Shown here piece after piece: positions 1 through 8,797 of a DNA stretch of 64,000 nt (within the stretch, counting starts at the first letter, position 1; each line of letters opens with the position of its first letter). The stretch covers positions 3,147,534-3,211,533 of the forward strand of contig CALOCN010000014.1 of the NCBI GenBank assembly GCA_942491735.1. Reading direction: 5' to 3'. The translations under genes and the position numbers were made by a program. The DNA comes from Candidatus Eiseniibacteriota bacterium (GTDB lineage: Bacteria > Eisenbacteria > RBG-16-71-46 > JABDJR01). The notes under the pieces are model-generated. The model searched no databases, had not been told where the DNA came from, and saw only the letters and a program-made list of their open reading frames with translations.

Positions 1-63
1 CACAGGGAAGCAGCATGAGAAGCAGGAACATCGAGGCGAGAGGTCGAAGTGTCGATCCTCCGG

Positions 64-1185
64 TCAAGCGTTGCCCCCCGAGGTGGGTGTTTCCTTTGCG
101 AAGCCGTCCAGGATCGCCGCGATCCGTTCGCCGGTGCGACCATCCCAGAGCTCCGGGATACCGCCCCGCTTCCCACCCCCCGCGAGCGCCTCCAGACCCG
201 CCGCGACAATGGCCTTGGGATCGGTGCCCACGAGATGGTTGGTGCCCTCGGTCACCGTGACCGGCCGCTCCGTGTTGAGCCGGGCGGTGAGACAGGGCAC
301 CCCCAGGAACGTGGTCTCTTCCTGGATCCCACCCGAGTCTGTAACGACGAGGGCGGTGTTGTCCATCAGATGGAGGAAGTCCAGGTACCCGAGGGGGTCC
401 ACCAGCCGCAGTCCCGGGTTCTTCTCCAGCACCGGCATGAGACCAAAGGACTCGATCCGGGCCCGGGTGCGGGGATGGACCGGGAAGATGACCGGTTTCT
501 CGCCGGATAGACGGGCCAACGCGCCCAGGATCCCCCGGAAGGTCTCCGCCACATCCACGTTGCTGGGGCGATGCAGGGTGACCAGGACGTAGCCCCGTTC
601 GCTCAGACCGAGCTCGGTCAACGCGGTGCTTTCCTTGGCCCGCTCCCGGTGGGCGACCAGGGAGTCGATCATCACGTTCCCCACGAAGTGGATGCGTTCC
701 TCGGGAACGCCTTCCTCGCGCAGGTTGGGCGCGGCGTCGGCACACGAGGTATAGAGGTCATCGGCGATGGCGTCGGTGACCAGACGGTTGATCTCCTCCG
801 GCATGTCCCGGTCCCGGGAGCGGAGGCCTGACTCCACATGACCAAGCCGGATCCGCATCTTCGCCGCGACCAGCGACGCGGCCAGGGTGGAGTTCACGTC
901 CCCCACCACCAGCACGTAGTCCGGCTGGTGCTCCAGGCACAGGGCCTCGAACTCGGTCATGACCTTGGCCGTCTGCACGCTGTGACTGGCCGACCCGATG
1001 CCCAGGTACACATCCGGTCGGGGCAGACCGAGGTCCTCGAAGAAGACCTTGGACATGGCCTCGTCGTAGTGCTGTCCGGTGTGGACAAGGAAAGGGGTCA
1101 GGGAGGGGTAGGACCGCATGGCATCGATGATGGGGGCGATCTTCATGAAGTTGGGACGCGCCCCAACCACGCAGGCCACTTTCAT
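64..1185 (-). CDS. wecB: UDP-N-acetylglucosamine 2-epimerase (non-hydrolysing)
   Basis: 393-aa ORF. The start is placed at the internal MKVACVVGARPNFMKIAP, with the typical epimerase_2 N-terminus plus HTGQHYD and DSGGIQEE motifs. The 4-bp overlap with the upstream rfbB stop suggests operon coupling. Confidence 0.85.
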   Translation of the reverse strand: MKVACVVGARPNFMKIAPIIDAMRSYPSLTPFLVHTGQHYDEAMSKVFFEDLGLPRPDVYLGIGSASHSVQTAKVMTEFEALCLEHQPDYVLVVGDVNSTLAASLVAAKMRIRLGHVESGLRSRDRDMPEEINRLVTDAIADDLYTSCADAAPNLREEGVPEERIHFVGNVMIDSLVAHRERAKESTALTELGLSERGYVLVTLHRPSNVDVAETFRGILGALARLSGEKPVIFPVHPRTRARIESFGLMPVLEKNPGLRLVDPLGYLDFLHLMDNTALVVTDSGGIQEETTFLGVPCLTARLNTERPVTVTEGTNHLVGTDPKAIVAAGLEALAGGGKRGGIPELWDGRTGERIAAILDGFAKETPTSGGNA

Positions 1186-2216
1186 TGGCCGGCGTACATG
1201 CGATCGTAGTAGTCGCGGAACGCCCCGCTCTTGATCCGTTCCCACCAGGTGCGGTGCTCCGTGTACCAGCGGATGGTCTCCGGCAGCGCCACCGGCACGG
1301 TGTGCTGGGGCTCGAAACCCAGCCGGTCCCGGATCTTCTCCGCCTTCATGGCATAGCGGCGATCATGACCCAGCCGGTCCTTGACGTGGTTGAGCAGGGT
1401 CTTGGGCTTGCCCAGGGTCTCGAGGATGATGTCCGCGATCTGGAGGATGTCGTACTCGTTCCCCCCGGCGATGTTGTAGATCTCCCCCTCCACCTGGTCC
1501 GCGTCCGCGGTGAGCAGCACCTCCAGGGCGCGGCAATGATCCGCGACATGGATGTAGTCCCGCTGGTTCTTCCCGCTGCCGTAGACCGGAAGCTCCTTGT
1601 CCTCCATGGCATTGGTGGTAAAGAGAGGGATCATCTTCTCCGGGTACTGGTAGGGACCGTAGTTGTTGCTGCAGCGGCTGATCACCACCGGCAGACCGAA
1701 CGTGGCCCAGAAGGCGTGCGCCATGGCGTCGCCTCCCGCCTTGGCCGCACTATAGGGATTGCGCGGCTTGAGCGGGGCCTCCTCGTCCACCGGGTCGTCC
1801 ATGACCTCGCCGTAGACCTCATCGGTCCCCACCTGGAGAAACCGGGTCACCGGATACCGGCGCGCCGCGTTGAGCAGAGTGAGCGGCCCTTCGATGTTGG
1901 CCCGGATGAGCAGCGACTGGTCCTCGATGCTGCGGTCCACATGGGTCTCGGCGGCGAAGTTGGCCACATAGTCGGCCTCTTCCATGAGCGGCGCCACCAC
2001 CGCCGGATCGGCGATGTCCCCCTTGACGAAGCGGAACCGGGGGTCCCCCTCGTGGCTCTGGTGGTTCTCGAGGTTTCCGGCGTAAGTCAGCTTGTCCAGG
2101 CAGATTACCTTGACGGTTCGGCCGGGCTCCAGGAGCTGATGGACGAAGTTGGTGCCAATGAAACCGGCCCCGCCGCCCACCAGCACGGTGGTGTTCTCCA
2201 GGCGTCGGTCGCTCAT
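1182..2216 (-). CDS. rfbB: dTDP-glucose 4,6-dehydratase
   Basis: 344 aa. The Rossmann GGAGFIG motif, the LTYAGN motif and an extended SDR (YxxxK) layout are typical of RmlB/RfbB. Confidence 0.88.
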   Translation of the reverse strand: MSDRRLENTTVLVGGGAGFIGTNFVHQLLEPGRTVKVICLDKLTYAGNLENHQSHEGDPRFRFVKGDIADPAVVAPLMEEADYVANFAAETHVDRSIEDQSLLIRANIEGPLTLLNAARRYPVTRFLQVGTDEVYGEVMDDPVDEEAPLKPRNPYSAAKAGGDAMAHAFWATFGLPVVISRCSNNYGPYQYPEKMIPLFTTNAMEDKELPVYGSGKNQRDYIHVADHCRALEVLLTADADQVEGEIYNIAGGNEYDILQIADIILETLGKPKTLLNHVKDRLGHDRRYAMKAEKIRDRLGFEPQHTVPVALPETIRWYTEHRTWWERIKSGAFRDYYDRMYAGQ

Positions 2217-3541
2217 GCCCGGTCCGGTCCCGCGGGCATGCCGCGCCCCACCCCGATGTGAACAAACCCGTGTTCACGCATCTGGGTGGGTTCATAGATG
2301 TTCTTGGTGTCGACGATCAGGTTCCCCCGCATCAGGGTCCTGAGACGGGCCAGGTCGAGGGTGCGAAACTCGTTCCACTCGGTGGCGATGACCACCGCGT
2401 CCGCTCCTTCCACCGCCTTGTAGACATCCTCGGTGTAGGTGATGTCCGCCGCCACCTGCCGTGCGTTGGGCACGGCTATGGGATCGAAGGCGCGCACATC
2501 GGCTCCCCGATCCTTGAGGTAACGCGTGAAGTCGATTCCCACCGAGTCCCGGATGTCGTCGGTCTGGGGCTTGAACGAGAGACCCAGAACGGCGATGGAC
2601 TTGCCCTTCACGCTCCCCAGTTCCCGCTCGGTCCGGGTCATGAGGCGACGACGCTGTTCCCGATTGACCTCGATGGTGGCCCGCACGATCTGGAGCGGAT
2701 ACCCGTGGGCCCGGGCCAGATGATCCAGGGCTTCGGTGTCCTTGGGGAAACAGGACCCGCCGTAGCCGGCCCCGGCGTGGAGGAACTTCTTGCCGATGCG
2801 GCGGTCCAGGCCGATCCCCTTCTCCACCGTCTTGACGTCCGCCCCCACCAGCTCGCACAGGTTGGCCATCTCGTTGATGAACGAGATCTTGGTGGCGAGG
2901 AAAGCGTTGGCCGCGTACTTGATGAGCTCCGCCGTCTCCACCGTGGTCCGCACCAGGGGGGTCTCGTTGAGGTAGAGCGGCTTGTAGATGTCGGCCAGCA
3001 CGTCCGCGGCCCGGTCGCTCCAGGTGCCGATGACCACCCGGTCCGGACGCATGAAGTCCTCGACCGCGCTCCCCTCCCGGAGGAACTCCGGGTTGCTGGC
3101 CACATCGAAGGCATGGTCGCCGTTGCGCTGGGAGTGGACCAGATCCCGGATCCGGGCTCCGGTGCCCACCGGGACCGTGCTCTTCTGGACGATCACCTTG
3201 TAGCCGTTGATGTGCTTGGCGATGTCCCGCGCGACCTGGAAGACGTACTGGAGGTCGGCCTCGCCATCCGTACCCCGGGGAGTCCCCACGCAGATGAAGA
3301 TGACCTCGTTCTCGCGAATGCCGGCGGCGAGATCCGTGGAGAAGTTGAGGCGCCCCTCACGGCGGCTGCGGTCGATGAGTTCTTCCAGTCCGAATTCGTA
3401 GAACGGTACCTTGCCGGCCTCGAGGCTCTTGATCTTTTCCTCGTCGGCATCCACGCAGGTGACCGCGTGGCCAAAGTCGGCCAGGCAAGCGCCGGTCACC
3501 AGGCCGACGTAACCCGTTCCTACCATGCAGATGCGGCGCAT
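2213..3541 (-). CDS. nucleotide-sugar dehydrogenase (UDP-glucose/UDP-ManNAc 6-dehydrogenase family)
   Basis: 442 aa with N-terminal GTGYVGL NAD-binding motif and the catalytic GGSCFPKD Cys motif. It sits beside wecB, so it may be WecC-like rather than Ugd; I cannot tell which without a search. Confidence 0.85.
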   Translation of the reverse strand: MRRICMVGTGYVGLVTGACLADFGHAVTCVDADEEKIKSLEAGKVPFYEFGLEELIDRSRREGRLNFSTDLAAGIRENEVIFICVGTPRGTDGEADLQYVFQVARDIAKHINGYKVIVQKSTVPVGTGARIRDLVHSQRNGDHAFDVASNPEFLREGSAVEDFMRPDRVVIGTWSDRAADVLADIYKPLYLNETPLVRTTVETAELIKYAANAFLATKISFINEMANLCELVGADVKTVEKGIGLDRRIGKKFLHAGAGYGGSCFPKDTEALDHLARAHGYPLQIVRATIEVNREQRRRLMTRTERELGSVKGKSIAVLGLSFKPQTDDIRDSVGIDFTRYLKDRGADVRAFDPIAVPNARQVAADITYTEDVYKAVEGADAVVIATEWNEFRTLDLARLRTLMRGNLIVDTKNIYEPTQMREHGFVHIGVGRGMPAGPDRA

Positions 3542-3667
3542 TGCAGCGTCTCCTTAAAGTCGTTTCGAGAGGCGGGAAAAGCGACGGAAGAGTATAGCGG
3601 GCGCTAGGTTGCCCTTCAAGCGGACACCTGGTTCGACACCAGACCCTCGAACAGCCCGATCATCCGT

Positions 3668-4736
3668 TCACCACCACGCTTGGGGCGAGGCCCCATGTCG
3701 AACCCGGTCCCGGGCTGCTGATCCCAATCGCTGCCCAAGGGCGGCATCCGCAGCCAATCTCACCATCGCGCCGGCCAGGGCGGCAACGTCTTCGGGAGGG
3801 ACCAGGAGTCCCTCCTTGCCCGAAACCAGGGTGTTCCGCAGGCTCTCCACATCCGTCGCCACCACCGGTAAGGCGTGGCTCATTGCCTCCATGACGCCAA
3901 GTGGATGACCTTCGAAGTGGGTGGCAAGGACAAAGAGGTCCGCATCCGCCAGATAGGGAGCGGGGTCGTCCACGAACCCGGTAAAGGTCACCTGATCCTC
4001 GAGTCCGAACCGAGACACCTCGGCGACAATACCGGGTCGGGTGGGGCCGTCCCCGACCAGGACAAGACGTGCCGGTGTCTCCTGGGTCAGGCGGGCAAAC
4101 GCCTGAACCAGGGTCCGATGGTCCTTCTGTGGCCTGAAGTTCGCCACGCTGACCACGGTCAGCGTCTCCCGGTCGGGCCTACGCTCTTGCGGTTCGGGGA
4201 GCCGCGCGAGCGCGTTGGGGATGAGAACAACACGCTCCGGAGAGGCCCAACCGTGGCCGGTGAGCAGGGTCTGGATCTCCTCGCTGATGGCGACATGCCG
4301 GCGAATCACACGCCCTCCCAGACGCGCAAGGAGTCGGGAGCCCTCGCGCCGGATGCCTCCCGCTGCTTGGGCGTCCTGAAGCGCACGGGGCGGATTGTGC
4401 CAGTGATAGACAACCGGAACCGGACACCCTCGGGGATCCAGGGCGAGAGCGACCGGAAGCGAGTAGCCGAAGTGCAGATGCACCACGTCGACCCCACGCA
4501 GCTTCACCAGGCGTCTCAGGGTGCGAGGGAATCCACGGGCCACGGGGTGGCGAATCGAGGGCAACACCAGGGACTCATCCGGTCCACCCATCCTCGGCAT
4601 CCAGGGGCTGGGCGTAGGGAAAGGCGATCGTCATGCGATGTCCGCGAGCACCCAGCGCCGCCTTCAGGTTCTCCATGGTGTCGATCATTCCGCCTGCAAA
4701 CGGAGGCGAGTAGTCGAGTACTTCCAGGACGTGCAT
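3668..4736 (-). CDS. family-4 glycosyltransferase, apparently frameshifted (N-terminal 54 aa in one frame, C-terminal 310 aa in another)
   Basis: ORF 4575..4817(-) encodes a GT4 N-terminus (MHVLEVLDYSPPFAGGM...ARGHRMT...DAEDGWTG*). ORF 3668..4600(-) continues in another frame (PDESLVLPSIRHP...EGHPLGVMEAMSHALPVVATDV = GT4 C-terminal EX7E region). Reading across 4580-4595 needs a 1-nt shift. Confidence 0.6.
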
Positions 4737-4738
4737 GG

Positions 4739-6298
4739 TCAAGACTCCGGCCGGGACGTCAACCACCGGTCCCGCAGCCGTTGCTCGGCCCACAGGACTT
4801 CCTCGACCCGACCCCACCTGCAGGCCAACGCATACACCGAAAGACCGGCCCCCCAGGCTACCGCCTGGCTCGCCAGCCCCCCCAACCCGGAATCGAACTC
4901 AAACCGGGTTGCCACCTGCGCGACGCCGAACGCCACCCCTGCCGCTACAGCGCTAGCGGGGAGCACGACCCTGGGCGCCGGTATCACCTCGCTCACGGAC
5001 CCCAACATGTCGCGCACCGCGAGAATGCAAAAGACGATGCTGAAGCCGGCGGTAGCCAACGCCAGCCCGGCGACGCCCAGGAATCGAACGAAGAGGAGAC
5101 TGAGCGCCAGCTTGAAGGCCAGCGCCACGACACGGAAACGCAGCACCCTTCCGTGGCGGTCCGAGGCATAGCCCGCGTAGAGCAGGATCGCGGACATGCC
5201 CAGGAAGGGCAAGCCGATCGCATAGCCGACCAGCGCCGACGCGGTGAGCAGGGTATCGCCGGCCTCGAAGGCGCCCCGTTCATAGATTGCTCGAACCAGT
5301 GGCACGCGAACCACCAGGATCATCGCCGCAACGGGTAGCAAGACCCCCACCATGACCCGCACCCCACGCACCGCCAAGGCCCGGAAAGCATCTCGATCTC
5401 CCTTGGCGTGGAGCCGGGCAAGCTCGGGAAACAGGGGAACTGCCAGGGCCAAGGCGAGGATGTTGAACGGTGCTTCGTACAGCGTGCGTGCATACGCCAG
5501 CGCCGAGATGGATCCATCCCCCAGGGATCGGTTGGCCAGAGCACGGTCGATCAAAGGAAAGACGAGTGCCGTCGCCTCGATGGCCACGAGCAGGACGACG
5601 GACGACACAACTCCCACCTCGAGGCCGGCGCCCCCCCGACCGCGAAACCCGCGCCAACAGGATGGGGCCATCATCACCAGAGGTATCGCGGCCCCGGACA
5701 ACGTTCCCCATGTCAGTGCTTGAATACCGGAGGACTCCGCAAACAGGAAAACCGTCGCCGCCACGACCGTTCCGACCATCAAGGATGCCACGGTGGGCAG
5801 TGCAAAGCGTCGCCACGCATTCAGGATGGCCCGAGTCAGCCCCTCCCAACCCCGAAGTACCACGATGATCGCAAGCAACTGCAAGAGCCGTGTGGCTTGG
5901 GTCGCGGCCTCCGGCGCAAGCTCGGGGGCCAGCATGGCAACCAGGGGGCGAGCCATCAGCGCAAGCACCACGGCGACCCCTCCAAGGACAAGGGTCATTC
6001 TCACGGCGTAGACCCTGGCCAGGGCGGAGGCGGCTACCGCGGATTGAGTGCCGGCCCGAACGTATGCGGGCAGAAAGGCATTCAGGGCAACATAGAGGGC
6101 CACGGTTCCCAGGATGTCCGGGATGGTGAAGGCGATCAGGAAGGCATCCAGCTCGCTTCCGGCTCCGAAAGCACGTGCAACTACGATCTCACGGACCAGA
6201 GCAGCCAGCTTGCCCAGGATGGACAAGCTGGCAAGGAGGAGTGCGGTCGCAGCGAAGCGGGAACCCGTCCACGCTCTTCCCGAATCCGCACCTCTCAC
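4739..6298 (-). CDS. murJ: MurJ/MviN-family (MOP superfamily) lipid-linked glycan flippase
   Basis: 519 aa and polytopic. The N-terminal SILGKLAALVREIVVARAFGAGSELDAFLIAFTIP resembles the MurJ signature. It overlaps the pyrF stop by 4 bp. Confidence 0.75.
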   Translation of the reverse strand: MRGADSGRAWTGSRFAATALLLASLSILGKLAALVREIVVARAFGAGSELDAFLIAFTIPDILGTVALYVALNAFLPAYVRAGTQSAVAASALARVYAVRMTLVLGGVAVVLALMARPLVAMLAPELAPEAATQATRLLQLLAIIVVLRGWEGLTRAILNAWRRFALPTVASLMVGTVVAATVFLFAESSGIQALTWGTLSGAAIPLVMMAPSCWRGFRGRGGAGLEVGVVSSVVLLVAIEATALVFPLIDRALANRSLGDGSISALAYARTLYEAPFNILALALAVPLFPELARLHAKGDRDAFRALAVRGVRVMVGVLLPVAAMILVVRVPLVRAIYERGAFEAGDTLLTASALVGYAIGLPFLGMSAILLYAGYASDRHGRVLRFRVVALAFKLALSLLFVRFLGVAGLALATAGFSIVFCILAVRDMLGSVSEVIPAPRVVLPASAVAAGVAFGVAQVATRFEFDSGLGGLASQAVAWGAGLSVYALACRWGRVEEVLWAEQRLRDRWLTSRPES

Positions 6299-6996
6299 GC
6301 TCCCTGCATGTCCTCCAGGATGGCCCGCGCCGCAGCCGCGGGATCCTCGGCCTGCGTGATGGGACGCCCCACCACCAGGTGGGTCGCGCCCTTGGCCAGG
6401 GCTTCGCGCGGGGTGGCAATGCGGGCCTGATCCTGGACCCCGGTTCCCGCCGGACGAATGCCGGGGGTGACGTAGATGAAGTCGTCGGGGAGCCCCGCGC
6501 CGTGCAGCGCTTCCAGCTCGTGCACCGAGCAGACCACGCCGTCCATGCCGGCCTCGGCCGCGCCCTTGGCGAAAGCCAGGACCCGCTCGCGCACGTTGTC
6601 GTCGCGGTACACCCCGGGATACTCGGACCCGTCGAGGCTGGTCAGCACGGTCACCGCGACCAGCTTGAGCTTGCGCTGGTTGGACTCGTCCCGCGCTTTG
6701 CGTGCCGCGCGCATCATGGCCGGCCCACCCGCGGCATGCACGGTGAGCATCTCCGCGTGCCAGTGCGCCGCCGCGTCCACTGCGCCGGCCACCGTGTTGG
6801 GAATGTCGTTGAGCTTGAGGTCCAGGAAGATGCGTTTGCCCAGGGATTTCAGGGCCTGCATGGCATCGGGACCGGTTCCGGTGAAGAGCTCCAACCCCAC
6901 CTTGACCCAGTGCACGTCGTCACCGAGTCTGCGGGTCATTTCCAGGGCAGGAGAAAGGCGGGGCACGTCGAGGGCTACGATCAATCGGTCGTTCAT
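6295..6996 (-). CDS. pyrF: orotidine 5'-phosphate decarboxylase
   Basis: 233 aa with LIVALDV, the DLKLNDIPNTV catalytic lysine motif and the C-terminal VVGRPI motif. Confidence 0.9.
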   Translation of the reverse strand: MNDRLIVALDVPRLSPALEMTRRLGDDVHWVKVGLELFTGTGPDAMQALKSLGKRIFLDLKLNDIPNTVAGAVDAAAHWHAEMLTVHAAGGPAMMRAARKARDESNQRKLKLVAVTVLTSLDGSEYPGVYRDDNVRERVLAFAKGAAEAGMDGVVCSVHELEALHGAGLPDDFIYVTPGIRPAGTGVQDQARIATPREALAKGATHLVVGRPITQAEDPAAAARAILEDMQGA

Positions 6997-7008
6997 GGTG
7001 CGCGCAGA

Positions 7009-7980
7009 TTACGCGGTTCCGGGGCCCTCGTCCACCGCGCGCGGGCCCAGAAGCCACTCCTCGTCCACGGTGACGCTCCCCACCAGGGCCTCCATGGAGT
7101 CCATCCCGTGCCGGACCAGGTAGCCCCCCAGCCCGTCCACGATGCGGGCCGGGGTAGTGGGATCGGCGTAGACCGCGGTCCCCACCTGCACCGCCTTGCA
7201 CCCCGCGATGAGGAACTGCAGGGCATCGTCCGTGGTCCCGATGCCCCCGATCCCGATCACATCGCAGCCCAGGACCCGCAGTAGCTCCCAGCATTTGACC
7301 AGGGCCACCGGCCGGATGGCCGGACCGCTGAGACCACCCACACCCCGCTTGAGCACCGGGACCCGGCGCTCCACGTCCAGGGTCATCCCCAGCAGGGTGT
7401 TGATCGCGGCGAGACCGTCCGCCCCGGCATCCAGACAGGCCTTCCCCACATCGCTGATCCGGGTCACGTTCGGGGTCAGCTTGGCCCACACCGGCTTGCG
7501 CGTCACCGCACGCACCGCGGTCACCACCTGCGCGGCCAGGTGCGGGTGGGTGCTCATGTCGAGCCCCCCCTCCTTCACGTTGGGACAGGAGATGTTGAGT
7601 TCCAGGGCGTCGCAGCGGGGAACGGCGTCCAGGCGCTCGGCGAGGCGTGCGAAGTCCTCGGGCCCGTAGCCGCCGATGGAGACCACCACCCGCGTGTCGA
7701 TGCCCTCCATGAGCGGAAGTTTCTCGTCCAGATAGCGCTCGATCCCCACCCCCTCGAGACCAATCGAGTTGAGCATCCCGGCCGGGGTCTCGGCGATCCG
7801 ATGGGGCGGGTTCCCGGCACGGACCTCCTCGAAAATCGTCTTGGTGACCACCCCGCCAATCAGCGCCGGGTCCAGAATCGGCTTGAGGTCCGCGCCGTAA
7901 CCCCCTGTGCCGGAAGCAACCAGCACAGGATTCTTCAGAGCAAGTCCGCCGGCGACCATCGAGAGGTTCGGGCTATTCAT
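7009..7980 (-). CDS. pyrD: dihydroorotate dehydrogenase catalytic subunit (class 1B)
   Basis: The start is placed at MNSPNLSMVAGGLALKNPVLVASGT (class 1 DHOD N-terminus). It carries the NISCPN active-site Cys motif and sits next to pyrK. Confidence 0.85.
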   Translation of the reverse strand: MNSPNLSMVAGGLALKNPVLVASGTGGYGADLKPILDPALIGGVVTKTIFEEVRAGNPPHRIAETPAGMLNSIGLEGVGIERYLDEKLPLMEGIDTRVVVSIGGYGPEDFARLAERLDAVPRCDALELNISCPNVKEGGLDMSTHPHLAAQVVTAVRAVTRKPVWAKLTPNVTRISDVGKACLDAGADGLAAINTLLGMTLDVERRVPVLKRGVGGLSGPAIRPVALVKCWELLRVLGCDVIGIGGIGTTDDALQFLIAGCKAVQVGTAVYADPTTPARIVDGLGGYLVRHGMDSMEALVGSVTVDEEWLLGPRAVDEGPGTA

Positions 7981-8788
7981 GGGGCATCCGCTCCCAGTCG
8001 ATCCGGTGCGCCTCAACCACCGGGCCCTCCACGCACTGCATGAGGAACCGGGTTTCGTCGAGCAACGGAACCGCGCAGCCACGGCACAGGCCCAACCCGC
8101 ATCCGTACACCCCCTCCAGGCTCACCTGGCAGGCGAGGTCGTGTTCCTTGGCCAGTGCCGCGGTGTGTCGCAGGAGAATCTCGGGACCGCAGGCATAGAG
8201 CACCGGGTCGTCGGCCAGCCACTGGGGACGACCGGTCCGGATCGCGTCCAGCACGGTCCCGGCGTGCCCGAGGCTGCCGTCGTCCGTGGCCAGGAGCAGA
8301 TCCTGTTCCCCGATGCGATCGAGGGCAAAGAACAGGTCGCGGGAGCGGGCGCCGAAAGCAAACCGCAACGACGCATGCCCTTGATCCCGGAAGAGTCGGT
8401 ACAGGTAGAGAAGCGGCGCGGCGCCTCGGCCCCCCGCGACCAGAAGGGCGGGCCGGTCCGCATCCATGCGGTAGGGGGCGCCCAAAGGACCCAGGCAATC
8501 CACCGCGTCCCCTTCGCGCCATCGCGACATGGCCAGGGTGCCCTCGCCCACCACGCCGTAGAACAACTCGACGATGGCGGCGTCCGGGGTGCGTCGGAAC
8601 TCGACCACGCCGAAGGGGCGGCGAAAGATGGGATCCCGCGCCCCGCCGGTGCGCAGGTTCAGGTACTGACCGGGGAGCGGAGCGGGATAGTCGGGGGGGA
8701 AGGCCAGCTCGAGCCAGAAGAATCCGGGATGCGTCTCACGCTGGCGGTGCACACGCGCCCGGTCGAGTCGGGGTTCGACCGACGTCAT
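7973..8788 (-). CDS. pyrK: dihydroorotate dehydrogenase electron-transfer subunit
   Basis: 271 aa with an FNR-like fold (RPFGVVEF) and a C-terminal CGLGLCRGC 2Fe-2S cysteine cluster. Its stop lies 2 bp from the pyrD start. Confidence 0.85.
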   Translation of the reverse strand: MTSVEPRLDRARVHRQRETHPGFFWLELAFPPDYPAPLPGQYLNLRTGGARDPIFRRPFGVVEFRRTPDAAIVELFYGVVGEGTLAMSRWREGDAVDCLGPLGAPYRMDADRPALLVAGGRGAAPLLYLYRLFRDQGHASLRFAFGARSRDLFFALDRIGEQDLLLATDDGSLGHAGTVLDAIRTGRPQWLADDPVLYACGPEILLRHTAALAKEHDLACQVSLEGVYGCGLGLCRGCAVPLLDETRFLMQCVEGPVVEAHRIDWERMPHE

Positions 8789-8797
8789 AGACCTCCC

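Noticed and set aside
1185-3607. Long plus-strand ORFs (358 aa and 449 aa) antisense to rfbB and the dehydrogenase gene.
   Set aside because: They are typical stop-codon-poor antisense frames of a ~70% GC genome. They have no recognisable motifs and overlap strongly supported genes completely.
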